Source: Candidatus Hydrogenedentota bacterium (GTDB taxonomy: Bacteria; Hydrogenedentota; Hydrogenedentia; Hydrogenedentales; SLHB01). From it: a stretch of DNA of 64,000 bases. The stretch spans positions 160,001 through 224,000 of the forward strand of contig CAXXYE010000004.1 of assembly GCA_963674865.2 (NCBI GenBank), given 5' to 3'. Of this stretch, positions 29,768 to 39,601 are shown piece after piece. Each line of letters begins with the position of its first letter. Positions within the stretch are counted from its first letter, which is position 1. A program made the translations under genes and the position numbers. The notes beneath the pieces are model-generated. The model made no database searches and was not told the origin of the DNA. It saw only the letters and a program-made list of their open reading frames with translations.

Positions 29768-31349
29768 TGTCAAGACTCTTTAGAAATGTCACATGTTGGG
29801 ACTCATTAGAAATGTCCTATGCTCGATGGTTGCAGAAGCGAGTTATCCAAGGTCTGTGGTCAGGTGCGTAGCAGCTGTCCCCAGACCGTCATATCCACAT
29901 CCAGCGCGAAGCGCGCGGGCGCATAGCGCTCGTCGAGGATGTGGATATGTGGGTAACTCGCGTGCTCACCTTTCTTTTGCGTTCATGAGAGGTAGGCGTT
30001 GGACGTTGGGCCGCCAGCGCTTGTAGGGCGCGGGGGGAGCGTTCTTCTTCTTGGGCTTGGCGGGGGGCTGGACCTGTTGGACTCGTTGCTGCCCTTCTCG
30101 TTTGTATTGCTTGACCGTGAGCCTGCGGTAGTCAAGGTCCTGGTCTTTGTAGAGCAGCCTGATGCCGCCGTGCAGATGGGTGCGGACCAGAATCCTGTCT
30201 TTGGGCCGGGGCAGAGGACTGTTGTTCTTGAGGATTTGGTAGTAATGATTCCCGAAACGGACGGTCCAGTCGTTTTGGACGACGCGCAGTTCCTCGAAGC
30301 AAAAAATGTCATGCAGCTCAAGGCCTTTGGGTGGAGGACGGTGATAGTCCAGTTCCTCACGGGGCGCAATGGCGAACTTGGCGTTCAGAGCGTCACAAAA
30401 GCTTTCGTAGAGCAGCTTGTCGGCGGTGGCGATGGTGGTGATGCGCCGCAAGGCGAGTTCCTTGACGAACCGGTTCTGGTATGTGCCGTTGGAGCGCTCG
30501 ACGCGGCCTTTGGCTTGAGGCGAAGTCGCGGGGATGATGACGATTCCCAGCTTATAGCAGGCCTCTCCGAATTGAGTCAGCGGCTCGCGCCCCGCCAGTT
30601 GCTCTTCGAGCGTGGGCTCCCGGCCGGTGATGTAGACGTTCTTTCGGTCCGTATACAGCGCCCGAGGAATACCGTATTTCTCGATCCACCGCCACAGAAG
30701 CTGCATGGCGGCCTGCTTCGTTTCTTGCTCGGCCATGAGCGCCAAGGTTTCTCCTGTGGCGTCATCTATCATGTTCATCAGACAAGTTTGGCCTTGGTCC
30801 GGCCCGAACCAGTGGTGGTGACTCCCATCCATCTGCACCAGCTCTCCGAAATGGGCTCGCCGCTCCCTGCGGGAGCGATGCCGGCGCCCGGTGTCTCCCT
30901 TCGCCCAGAGCCCCTGCTCAAGCAGCCAGCGCCGTAACGTCTCGTGGTCGATGCACAGGCCTTCCTCCGCCAGCTTCTCCGCGGCCAGGGTCGGCCCCAA
31001 ATCGTGTTCTCTATAGCGTTCCTGATAGCGCCGAAGGACTTTGTCCCGGAACGCGGCAGGCTTGGCTCGATTAGACGCCCGGCCCCGGTTGCGATGCACC
31101 AACCCCTCATCTCCCTCTGACACGAAGCGTGCGTGTATCCGCAGCGCCTGCCGGTAGCTCACTTCCATGCGCCGCGCCGCTTCCGCCAGGGTCATATGCT
31201 TTCCCACAACAAGCTCCAACAACGACTTACGCATCAATTCCTTGCGACTCATCTTCAAATGCCCTTCCACGGCAGCCCTCCAAGTGAAAGGCTCCAATTG
31301 TGACATTTCTAATGAGTCGAGGGGGTGACACTATCAAAGAGTCGCGACA
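29768..31349 (-). mobile_element. IS1202-family (formerly ISNCY) insertion sequence
   Basis: Ends TGTCAAGACTCTTTAGAAATGTCAC and TGTCGCGACTCTTTGATAGTGTCAC (reverse complement); a second subterminal GACTCATTAGAAATGTC repeat at each end; 16-bp flanking direct repeat; one DDE transposase. Confidence 0.92.
29966..31270 (-). CDS. DDE transposase (IS1202/ISNCY type)
   Basis: HTH N-terminus; GELVQMDGSHH, IDDATG, YTDRK and PQAKGRVER motifs; probable GTG start after GGAGGG. Confidence 0.93.
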   Translation of the reverse strand: MEGHLKMSRKELMRKSLLELVVGKHMTLAEAARRMEVSYRQALRIHARFVSEGDEGLVHRNRGRASNRAKPAAFRDKVLRRYQERYREHDLGPTLAAEKLAEEGLCIDHETLRRWLLEQGLWAKGDTGRRHRSRRERRAHFGELVQMDGSHHHWFGPDQGQTCLMNMIDDATGETLALMAEQETKQAAMQLLWRWIEKYGIPRALYTDRKNVYITGREPTLEEQLAGREPLTQFGEACYKLGIVIIPATSPQAKGRVERSNGTYQNRFVKELALRRITTIATADKLLYESFCDALNAKFAIAPREELDYHRPPPKGLELHDIFCFEELRVVQNDWTVRFGNHYYQILKNNSPLPRPKDRILVRTHLHGGIRLLYKDQDLDYRRLTVKQYKREGQQRVQQVQPPAKPKKKNAPPAPYKRWRPNVQRLPLMNAKER

Positions 31350-31365
31350 ACACGTCCTTTGGATC
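31350..31365 (+). repeat. 16-bp target-site duplication, right copy
   Basis: Identical to 29752-29767. Confidence 0.92.
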
Positions 31366-31452
31366 TCGCAATGGCGTATCCTGCGTGGTATGCTACGCAG
31401 GTTTTTCGAGGCTGCAACCGGGATTGGGCGGAGAACGCCGAAGGAGTGATGC

Positions 31453-32061
31453 ATGTCGGATCAGATCAAGAGCAGCAATATCACCTGGCACGAGGCGACG
31501 ATCACCAAAGAGGATCGCGAACGCCTTAACGGCCATAAGGCCGTCGTCATTTGGTTTACGGGCCTGTCGGGCTCGGGGAAATCCACCTTGGCGCATGCCG
31601 TCGAAGCGGCCCTGTATGAGAAGGGCTGCCGCACGTATGTACTGGACGGCGATAACGTCCGCCATGGACTCAACAAGAACCTGGGCTTCTCTCCGGAGGA
31701 CCGCCAGGAGAATATACGCCGCATTGGTGAAGTGGCGAATCTGTTCATTCAAGGTGGTGTGATTCCCCTCACGGCGTTTATCTCTCCCTATCGGGCCGAT
31801 CGTGATGCGGCGCGGGAGATCGCCAAAGGCGAATTCATCGAGGTCTTCGTGAAGTGCGATGTGAGCGTTTGCGAGGAGCGCGATACCAAAGGACTCTACA
31901 AGCGCGCCCGGGCGGGCGAGATCCAACAGTTCACCGGCATCTCCGCCCCTTATGAGGAGCCTTTGAAGCCTGAGGTCGTGGTGGATACCGCGCTGGAGAG
32001 TATCGAAGAGTCCACGCAGAAAGTCTTGGACTATCTACGTGAGCGGGGGGTCATCGGCTAA
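31453..32061 (+). CDS. cysC: Adenylyl-sulfate (APS) kinase
   Basis: [32 protein letters not shown] and FTGISAPYE motifs. Confidence 0.96.
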   Translation: MSDQIKSSNITWHEATITKEDRERLNGHKAVVIWFTGLSGSGKSTLAHAVEAALYEKGCRTYVLDGDNVRHGLNKNLGFSPEDRQENIRRIGEVANLFIQGGVIPLTAFISPYRADRDAAREIAKGEFIEVFVKCDVSVCEERDTKGLYKRARAGEIQQFTGISAPYEEPLKPEVVVDTALESIEESTQKVLDYLRERGVIG

Positions 32062-32171
32062 GAGCGGTGTCTGTCGGCGGGCAATGTCGTGCTCCTGCAG
32101 GAACATCCGAAAGGGCGCCCGTGTTGCTCGAGCAACGTCTTCTCTCATGAACTCTTTGTCTACATAGGCCG

Positions 32172-33794
32172 GTGACGATGCCCCTCGACTTGAGTAGAGA
32201 GACCCGGTTCAGCGGACTGCCTATCAGCCCGGGCGTCGCGTGTGGCCCGGTGTGTCTTTTCAACGACCGTCGCCACGCGCAGGTGCCCGAGCGCAGCGTC
32301 GTGGATGAAGAGCGCGGGCGTGAGAAGATGCGCCTGAACGCGGCCATGCAAGTCGTGGCCGAGCAGTTGCATGGCGTCATTGAGGATGTGGCCCGCCGGG
32401 TGGGGGCGGTTGAGGCGGGCATCTTTGCCGCGCAGCAGATGATTGTGGAGGACCCGGAACTCCGCAAAGAGATCCTCGAAGCCATCGAGGCGAAAGGCAG
32501 AAACGCGGAACTGGCGGTAGCCGAGACCCTCGAACGCTACGAGGCCCGCATGCGCGAGTCGGGGCAGGAGCTCTTTCAGGAGCGCGCCGCCGATGTCCGG
32601 GAGATAAAGCACCGGCTTCTGGGTGAACTAGGCGACATGGTTGCGGCCCTTCGGTGTGGTGACGCCGAACACTGCCAGCGCGGAAAAAACCGCGTCATCG
32701 TTGCGGAGGAACTCACGCCCAGCCTGACGACGCTGATTGACGCCGAGCATACATTGGGATTCGTGACGGAGCGCGGCGGCGCCGCCTCCCATGCGGCCAT
32801 CCTGGCGCGCGCGCTGGGCATTCCGGCGGTGAGTGGCGTGCCCGGAATCCACGATATGCTGCGCTGCGGCGTGCGCGTCTTGCTTGACGGCAACACGGGC
32901 GAAGTGGTGGTTCAGCCTTCGCAGGAAACCATGCAGTCGCAGATGCCCGATGTCCGTGTTGGGCCGGCGCCTGGGGAGGTCGTGGGGCCCGTCGAAGGGC
33001 TCAAGGTGCTGGCCAACATAAGCCGGGCCGAAGACGTCGCCGGGGCGGTCGCGATGAAAGCCGAGGGAATCGGCCTATACCGGACGGAGTTCGAGTTTCT
33101 CGCGGCGGACAGGATCCTGACGGAGGATGAGCAGCACGGGAGATATGCGTCCGTCCTCGATGCGATGAAAGGGGCTCCGGTGTATTTCCGGTTGGCCGAT
33201 ATCGGCGGCGATAAGGCTGCCCCTTTCCTGGACCTGCCCGCTGAGGAAAATCCCTATCTCGGCTTCCGCGGGAGCAGACTGCTCCTGGGGCGGCCCGAGA
33301 TTCTAGAAACTCAGGCCCGCGCCCTGGCCCGGGCGGCCTCCGCGGGGCCGGTGTGCGTAGTCTATCCGATGGTCGTTGAACTCGATCAGTTTGTCGAGCT
33401 TAAGAAGCGTTTTGAGGCCGCCCTGCCGGGGCCTATGCCCTCCGACCTGAAGCACGGTGTGATGCTTGAAGTGCCGGGAGCGTGTCTCCAGGCAAGGCCG
33501 CTGCTCGAAGCCGCTGATTTCGGGACTATCGGCACCAATGACCTGATTCAGTACCTCTTCGCTGTCGACCGCAATAATGAGCTTGTTGCCGCCGATTACC
33601 ATGCGGATAGGCCGGTGTTCTGGGCCTTGCTGGCCGATGTCGCAAAGGCCGCGCAAGAGGCAGGCCGCCCACTGTCGGTATGTGGAGAGCTTGCAGGCAA
33701 GCCCGAGTATCTCACCAAGCTTATCCATATGGGTATCCGAAGCGTGAGTGTTAGCTCCAGGCTGATCCCGACACTTCGACGTTCGCTTGCTTGA
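32172..33794 (+). CDS. ptsI: Phosphoenolpyruvate-protein phosphotransferase (PTS enzyme I)
   Basis: SHAAILAR phospho-His, GLYRTEF, DIGGDK, ENPYLGFRG, IGTNDLIQY and VCGELA motifs. Confidence 0.92.
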   Translation: MTMPLDLSRETRFSGLPISPGVACGPVCLFNDRRHAQVPERSVVDEERGREKMRLNAAMQVVAEQLHGVIEDVARRVGAVEAGIFAAQQMIVEDPELRKEILEAIEAKGRNAELAVAETLERYEARMRESGQELFQERAADVREIKHRLLGELGDMVAALRCGDAEHCQRGKNRVIVAEELTPSLTTLIDAEHTLGFVTERGGAASHAAILARALGIPAVSGVPGIHDMLRCGVRVLLDGNTGEVVVQPSQETMQSQMPDVRVGPAPGEVVGPVEGLKVLANISRAEDVAGAVAMKAEGIGLYRTEFEFLAADRILTEDEQHGRYASVLDAMKGAPVYFRLADIGGDKAAPFLDLPAEENPYLGFRGSRLLLGRPEILETQARALARAASAGPVCVVYPMVVELDQFVELKKRFEAALPGPMPSDLKHGVMLEVPGACLQARPLLEAADFGTIGTNDLIQYLFAVDRNNELVAADYHADRPVFWALLADVAKAAQEAGRPLSVCGELAGKPEYLTKLIHMGIRSVSVSSRLIPTLRRSLA

Positions 33795-33925
33795 CGAACC
33801 CGTGCTCTGGGGCCATGAGCGTGCTGTACACCGCGTCTATTCGCCCCTGTGGAACGTTCCGCGCGGGCCTGCTATGATCCAAGCGAACGGGCGTCTCTTT
33901 GGAGGATCTCGTTGAGGGCCGTGTC

Positions 33926-34087
33926 ATGACGAAATACGTTTGTGATATCTGCGGCTGGGTGTACAATCCCGAGAAGGGCGATCCCGATGGCGGCATCCCG
34001 CCTGGAACCGTTTTCGAAGACCTTCCCCCCGACTGGCTCTGTCCGAAGTGTCTTGTGGGCAGAAACCGGTTCTCGCCCCTAGATTGA
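33926..34087 (+). CDS. Rubredoxin
   Basis: [10 protein letters not shown]...[16 protein letters not shown]. Confidence 0.93.
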   Translation: MTKYVCDICGWVYNPEKGDPDGGIPPGTVFEDLPPDWLCPKCLVGRNRFSPLD

Positions 34088-34174
34088 CTTCACCGGGCCG
34101 GCTTCTTCGGTGGGTGTATCAGGGGGAATGTATAGCGTAGTCGTGGTGTTGGCCAACAGCAAAGGGAAAATGCC

Positions 34175-35665
34175 ATGTCCACCAAGACCACGCATGAGCC
34201 GGGCAAGACGCAGTTGAGCGTCGTCCTGGTGGGTGCTTCGGGGGACTTGGCCCGCAGAAAGATCCTACCCGCGCTCTTCGCCCTACACTGCCAAGGTTTT
34301 CTCCCGGAGCGGTTCCAGATCATCGGCTTCGCGAGAACGCCTCTGTCGGATGAAGCCTTTCGTACGAGAATAACCGAGCATCTGACTTGCCGCTATGCAC
34401 CTGGCGAGGCGTGCAAGCAGCGGATGGAGGAGTTTCTGCGGCGGTGTTACTACGTCTCGGGCCAGTACGGTTCGCGCGAATCGTTTGTGGACCTCTACGC
34501 TGTGATGCGTGGGCTGGAGCGGGCCCGCGAGGCCAACCGGCTCTTCTACATGGCCATTCCGCCGCGCCTTTTCTTTGACGTGTCGAAAGCCATTGGGGAC
34601 GCGGGATTGGTGGCCTGCGGGCCGGGGCCGGCTTGGTCGCGTGCAGTGATCGAAAAGCCCTTCGGCAGAGATAGGAGCACTTCGGACGCACTGGCGCGTA
34701 GCATGGGGCAGATCTTCTCGGAGGAGCAGATCTTCCGTATCGATCACTATCTGGGCAAGGCCCTTGTGCAGAACCTTCTCGTGCTGCGATTCGCCAATAC
34801 CCTATTCGAACCGACCTGGAATCGCCGGTACATCAGCGCGGTCGAGATCGTCTGGAAGGAAGGTATCGGCGTCGAGGGGCGAGGGGGCTATTTCGACGAA
34901 TACGGCATCATTCGCGATGTTGTTCAGAACCACCTCCTGCAGATACTGGCCCTGGTGGCCATGGAACCACCCCGGCGCGTGGATGCTAGACACGTGCGAG
35001 ATGAGAAGGTGAAGGTGCTACGCGCGATTCCGCCGGTAGGCCTTGCAGACCTTCTGGTAGGACAATATCAGCGGGCCACGGCGGGAGGCGTCACCCATCC
35101 GTCTTACACCGACGAGGAGTCCGTTCCGAACGATTCGCGCGCGGCGACGTATGCGGCCGCGGTGCTGCGTATCGAGAACGAACGGTGGCAAGGCGTGCCG
35201 TTTCTGGTGCAAGCAGGCAAAGGGTTGGACGAAAAGCTTACGGAAGTGCGTATTCATTTCCGGCCTGCCGAGGGCGGCATCTTCTGCGGTGAGGAGTCTT
35301 GTCCCCCAAAGAACCAGCTCGTGATCCGGATTCAGCCGGACGAGGCCATTGCGCTTCGCGTCGTGAACAAAGTCCCCGATCTCGGCATGCGTCTGAGCCA
35401 GGCCGAGCTGGAGCTTCCTTATGCATCCGCCTTTGGTGATGACATCCCCGAAGCATACGAGTGTCTGCTCCTCGATGTCCTCGAGGGAGACAAGAGCTTG
35501 TTTATCCGTTCTGATGAGCTTGAGGCGGCGTGGAACGTCGTTACGCCGGTGCTCCACGAGATGGATGATTCGGGAATCCAGCCGGTGCCGTATGCTTTCG
35601 GCGCCATGGGGCCCGAGGGGATTCAGGCCATGGCGGACAGGTGCGGAATCGAGTTGGCCAACTGA
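34175..35665 (+). CDS. zwf: Glucose-6-phosphate 1-dehydrogenase
   Basis: GASGDLA, EKPFG, RIDHYLGK, RDVVQNHLLQ and EAYE motifs. Confidence 0.96.
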   Translation: MSTKTTHEPGKTQLSVVLVGASGDLARRKILPALFALHCQGFLPERFQIIGFARTPLSDEAFRTRITEHLTCRYAPGEACKQRMEEFLRRCYYVSGQYGSRESFVDLYAVMRGLERAREANRLFYMAIPPRLFFDVSKAIGDAGLVACGPGPAWSRAVIEKPFGRDRSTSDALARSMGQIFSEEQIFRIDHYLGKALVQNLLVLRFANTLFEPTWNRRYISAVEIVWKEGIGVEGRGGYFDEYGIIRDVVQNHLLQILALVAMEPPRRVDARHVRDEKVKVLRAIPPVGLADLLVGQYQRATAGGVTHPSYTDEESVPNDSRAATYAAAVLRIENERWQGVPFLVQAGKGLDEKLTEVRIHFRPAEGGIFCGEESCPPKNQLVIRIQPDEAIALRVVNKVPDLGMRLSQAELELPYASAFGDDIPEAYECLLLDVLEGDKSLFIRSDELEAAWNVVTPVLHEMDDSGIQPVPYAFGAMGPEGIQAMADRCGIELAN

Positions 35666-36023
35666 GGTGCGGTCGTTTTGGCCGAGAAGGTTCTAGGAAC
35701 GGAATGATGCATAATGGTTGGGCCTTTCGGGAACAATTGCATTACAGGGAGCGTTGACTAAGGGGATTCGCGGAGCCGCGAGCATGGCGGGGCATAACCT
35801 GGGAAAGAACGAAAGACAACAGTGTGAGGGGGGCAATGGGCTTGTCTAGCCAGAGTCCCGAGGCGGCTCTGGCGGATGCAGATTGCTGTATGTGGTCTTC
35901 GATCCCGCAATGATGTATGCGGCGCGGATCTTAAGAGCTTCTGTTTGTGACGCCTGAAAAGGCTGTTCGTTTCCTGAGATGGTGGATCTGTCGGTCTTGC
36001 CGACCAATGCAGAGGAGAGAACA

Positions 36024-36401
36024 ATGGCGCAGCGACTCCAGTTATACAAGTGCGAGGTTTGCGGGCACATAGTGATGGTGTTCCACGGCGGCGGCGGCAC
36101 CCTGACGTGCTGCAAACAGCCGATGAAGGCTTTGGCCGAGAACACCACCGACGCCGCCCAGGAGAAACACGTCCCGGTTGTCGAGAAGGTCGAGGGCGGA
36201 TACAAGGTCAAGGTAGGGAGCGTGGCTCACCCCATGGAGGCGAACCACTACATTGAGTGGATCGAGTTGCTGACGGAAGACACCATGTCCTGCCGCTTCC
36301 TGAAGCCTGAGGAAACGCCCGAGGCAGTGTTCAAGAGCGACGCCGAGAAGGTCCACGCCCGCGAGTATTGCAGCGTGCATGGTTATTGGAAAGGAGAATG
36401 A
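36024..36401 (+). CDS. dfx: Desulfoferrodoxin (2Fe superoxide reductase)
   Basis: YKCEVCG...LTCC, EKHVP, HPM, HYIEWI and CSVHG motifs; AGGAG RBS. Confidence 0.95.
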   Translation: MAQRLQLYKCEVCGHIVMVFHGGGGTLTCCKQPMKALAENTTDAAQEKHVPVVEKVEGGYKVKVGSVAHPMEANHYIEWIELLTEDTMSCRFLKPEETPEAVFKSDAEKVHAREYCSVHGYWKGE

Positions 36402-36403
36402 CT

Positions 36404-36904
36404 ATGTTGAAGAAGAAGATCCAGAAGGCTTTCAACGATCAGATCAATGCGGAACTCTATTCGTCCTACCTGTACCTTTCCATGGCGGCCTATTTTGAAG
36501 GCATTAATCTAAGCGGCGCCGCCGGTTGGTTCAAAGTACAGGCTCAGGAAGAAGCCGGCCACGCCATGAAGTTCTTCAACTTCATTTTTGAGCGTGGGGG
36601 AGAAGTGACGCTGGGCGCCATCGAAGGGCCGAAGACGAAGTGGGCCTCGCCGCTCGCGGCCTTCAAGGATGCCTACGCCCATGAGTGCAAGGTGACGGCC
36701 CTCATCAACAAGCTCGTTGACCTGGCCGACCAGGAGAAGGACCACGCATCCCACGCGTTCCTGCAATGGTTTGTCTCGGAGCAGGTGGAAGAGGAAGCCA
36801 CGGTGGACGGCATCGTCAAGAAGCTTGAGCTTATGGCGGATGCCCCCGGCGCCTTGTTCATGCTCGACCGGGCGCTTGCCCAGCGTGGCGCAGGCGGCGA
36901 ATAG
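36404..36904 (+). CDS. ftnA: Non-heme ferritin
   Basis: QINAELYSSYLY, EEAGHAMK, HECKVT and FLQWFVSEQVEEE motifs. Confidence 0.93.
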   Translation: MLKKKIQKAFNDQINAELYSSYLYLSMAAYFEGINLSGAAGWFKVQAQEEAGHAMKFFNFIFERGGEVTLGAIEGPKTKWASPLAAFKDAYAHECKVTALINKLVDLADQEKDHASHAFLQWFVSEQVEEEATVDGIVKKLELMADAPGALFMLDRALAQRGAGGE

Positions 36905-36998
36905 GGGCCATACAGTCAGAGCGGACGGAGTCGATGAAGACCTACCGCGCCGATAGGCGCGGGCAGTCCGTAATCGCCGTTGCCTGAGGAGAAGCTCA

Positions 36999-37478
36999 AT
37001 GGGTGTTGTATTCAACGCGGATGAAATCTTTGAGGTTGCGAAACAGATCGAGCGAAACGGCGCGGCGTTCTACCGAAAGGCCGCGGCAGGGTCGGAGGAC
37101 GAGCAACACAAGAAGCTGCTCCTCGGACTTGCTGAGATGGAAGTGAACCACGAGCAGACTTTTGCGGAGCTTCAGGCGGAACTCGGTACCAGCGGGGCGA
37201 CCTACGACCCGGAAGACGACGCCGTCCGGTACTTGCAGGCTTTTGCCGGCGGCCAGGTGTTCTCGACGTCGAGCGACCCTTGTGATTTCCTGGAAACGCA
37301 GCGTGACATCGTTGCCGTGCTCAAGAAGGCCATCGAACTCGAAAAGGATTCGGTGACTTTCTACGTGGGCATCCGGAACATGGTGCCGGCCGACCTTGGA
37401 AACGAAAAAGTCGACCAGATTATCCGAGAGGAAATGGGCCATATCACGCTTCTAACCCGACAGCTCGATAACGTCTGA
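36999..37478 (+). CDS. Rubrerythrin / ferritin-like di-iron protein
   Basis: IERNGAAFY, EVNH, ELEKDSVTFY and EEMGH ExxH pattern. Confidence 0.85.
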   Translation: MGVVFNADEIFEVAKQIERNGAAFYRKAAAGSEDEQHKKLLLGLAEMEVNHEQTFAELQAELGTSGATYDPEDDAVRYLQAFAGGQVFSTSSDPCDFLETQRDIVAVLKKAIELEKDSVTFYVGIRNMVPADLGNEKVDQIIREEMGHITLLTRQLDNV

Positions 37479-37531
37479 TTGCTACGCGTCGCTGTCGGCA
37501 GGGCGCTGACAGGTGGCACATAGAAGGATAT

Positions 37532-37572
37532 GGGCGGTTGTAGTCTCTCGACTGCATCCGCCCTTCTTCTTT
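37532..37572 (+). terminator. Probable terminator after the dfx-ftn-rubrerythrin genes
   Basis: Stem GGGCGGTTGTAGTC / GACTGCATCCGCCC, 4-nt loop, followed by TTCTTCTTT. Confidence 0.6.
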
Positions 37573-37666
37573 GCGGGGGTGCGCCATAAGGCGCTGCAAA
37601 TAAATGGGATGCGTCCTTTATTCTCGCCCAGTGAACGTGAGCAGGGGGACGTCATGGCGGTGCCTA

Positions 37667-37713
37667 TATAATTTGTGTTAGAATGATTCTTACACAATTA
37701 ATTTGTACACAAA
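37667..37713 (+). promoter_or_regulatory. -10 box with overlapping palindromic MarR operator(s)
   Basis: TATAAT at 37667-37672; inverted repeat TTGTGTTAGAAT-G-ATTCTTACACAA; TTTGT-AC-ACAAA just before the RBS. Confidence 0.6.
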
Positions 37714-37726
37714 GGAGTTGTCTGCC

Positions 37727-38281
37727 GTGTGCACCACCGAAAACCTGAACGCTGCTCCTTGCGACGAAGAGCGCGACATTTTCTTCGAGACTTACGGCTT
37801 GCGCATTCTCAGAGCCTTGCGGCGCATTATTCAGGCGGTTGACATCCATTCACGCCGGCTAAACACGGAACATAAGGTAACGGCTCCGCAGATGCTCTGT
37901 CTGTATTCGTTGGCCCGTGAGGGCACCATGACGCTCTCCGACCTGGCGAAACAGGTAAATCTCGGCACGAGCACGGTCAACGGTATCGTCGACCGGCTCG
38001 AGGCGAAGGGATGGGCCAAGCGTAACAGGAGCGACGCAGACAGGCGCAGAGTGTATGTGCAGCTAACGGAGCCCGGGCGGGAACTGACGCGGAAGGCCCC
38101 TTCTTTGCTTCAGGATCGCTTTTCGGAGGCCTTCCGCAGGTTGCCGGAACTCGAGCAGGCAGCTATCGCACTCTCGCTGGAAAGGGTGGTCGAACTCATG
38201 GCTGCCGGGCACATCGACGCATCGCCTAATCTATTGCCCACCGGCGACTTAGGCGATCCACACGGAGAGAGGACACCATGA
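37727..38281 (+). CDS. MarR-family transcriptional regulator, EctR-like
   Basis: [27 protein letters not shown]...DRRRV wHTH, C-terminal ERVVELM...IDASP; GTG start after AAGGAG. Confidence 0.88.
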   Translation: MCTTENLNAAPCDEERDIFFETYGLRILRALRRIIQAVDIHSRRLNTEHKVTAPQMLCLYSLAREGTMTLSDLAKQVNLGTSTVNGIVDRLEAKGWAKRNRSDADRRRVYVQLTEPGRELTRKAPSLLQDRFSEAFRRLPELEQAAIALSLERVVELMAAGHIDASPNLLPTGDLGDPHGERTP

Positions 38282-39582
38282 CCCTATCAAACACTGAACG
38301 ACAGATCATTCATGCCATAGATGAGGATGCCGCCGTTTCGCGATGGCGCGACTGGCGGTGGCAGATGAGCCATTGTGTGCGGAACCTCGACGCGTTCGAG
38401 AAGGTACTTGGCATTCGCCTTGGCGAGCAGCAGCGGGAGGATTTCAGCCGCACGGTGCGGAAGTTCCCTATGTCGGTGACGCCATACTACCTGTCTCTGA
38501 TCGATACAGACGATGTCGAGAACGACCCCGTCTTCCGGCAATCCTTTCCATCGGCTCTCGAACTGCGGGTGATGCGGTGTGACATGGCCGATCCGCTTCA
38601 TGAGGACAGAGACAGCCCGGTTCCGGGAGTGACGCACCGCTATCCTGACCGCGTACTCCTTCTGGTGAGCAATACCTGCGCCATGTATTGCCGGCATTGT
38701 ACGCGGAAACGCCGAGTCGGCGATCAAGACAGCATCCCCGACCGCGCGGAGATCGCCAAGGGAATCGACTATATCCGCAGGACGCCGCGCGTGCGCGACG
38801 TTCTCCTGAGCGGAGGGGACCCGCTTCTGCTCTCTGACGGATACTTGGACTGGATTCTGACGGAACTGCGCTCCATCGAGCACGTCGAAGTCATACGCAT
38901 CGGTACGCGGATGCCGGTGGTGCTTCCTTATCGGATCACGGATGAACTCGTTACGATGCTCAGGAAGCACCATCCAATCTGGATCAATACCCAGTTCAAC
39001 CATCCGCGTGAGCTGACCCAATCCTCCCGGCGGGCCCTGGCGAAACTTGCCGACGCGGGGATTCCCCTCGGCAACCAATCCGTCTTGCTGGCGGGAGTCA
39101 ATGACTGCCCGCGGATTGCCCGCGCGCTGGTACACAAACTGGTGGCCAACCGCGTTCGCCCCTATTATCTGTATCAGTGCGACCTCTCCGAGGGCCTTTC
39201 GCATTTCCGCACGCCTGTGGGCAAAGGCATTGAGATTCTCGAAAGCCTGATAGGCCATACGAGCGGCTTCTGTGTTCCGACGTACGTTATCGACGCCCCA
39301 GGCGGGGGCGGGAAGATTCCGATCATGCCCAACTACCTCGTCTCTTGGTCCACCAATAAGGTGGTTCTGCGCAATTACGAGGGCGTGATCACGACTTACA
39401 AGGAACCGGACTCGTACGAGCCCATCTTCTGCGATCGCAACTGCGAGGCCTGCGATTTGCAGCTCAAGTTGGGCGACGCCGAGGAACACAAGGCCCTCGG
39501 TATTGAGATGCTTCTGGCCGACCATACCAAGACCATATCGCTCGTTCCGGCCAACAACGAGCGCCACGCCCGCCGCGATTAG
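38278..39582 (+). CDS. ablA: Lysine 2,3-aminomutase (radical SAM, PLP)
   Basis: [37 protein letters not shown] and C-terminal CDRNCEAC; ablB lies downstream. Confidence 0.95.
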   Translation: MTLSNTERQIIHAIDEDAAVSRWRDWRWQMSHCVRNLDAFEKVLGIRLGEQQREDFSRTVRKFPMSVTPYYLSLIDTDDVENDPVFRQSFPSALELRVMRCDMADPLHEDRDSPVPGVTHRYPDRVLLLVSNTCAMYCRHCTRKRRVGDQDSIPDRAEIAKGIDYIRRTPRVRDVLLSGGDPLLLSDGYLDWILTELRSIEHVEVIRIGTRMPVVLPYRITDELVTMLRKHHPIWINTQFNHPRELTQSSRRALAKLADAGIPLGNQSVLLAGVNDCPRIARALVHKLVANRVRPYYLYQCDLSEGLSHFRTPVGKGIEILESLIGHTSGFCVPTYVIDAPGGGGKIPIMPNYLVSWSTNKVVLRNYEGVITTYKEPDSYEPIFCDRNCEACDLQLKLGDAEEHKALGIEMLLADHTKTISLVPANNERHARRD

Positions 39583-39601
39583 CCCCCGAAAGGACGGATG
39601 C

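Noticed and set aside
29700..29770. Xer/dif-site targeting by the IS1202-family element
   Set aside because: No XerC/XerD-like site next to the insertion, and the duplication is long rather than the short one of the dif-targeting subgroup
36024..37478. Selenocysteine readthrough at TGA stops of the redox genes
   Set aside because: The proteins are complete at their stops and no Cys-equivalent position is interrupted
38278..39582. Pyrrolysine biosynthesis (PylB) or EF-P modification (EpmB) role for the lysine mutase
   Set aside because: It has the PLP-dependent KamA motifs with a Cys-rich C-terminus and sits with ablB; no pyl, efp or epmA genes are nearby
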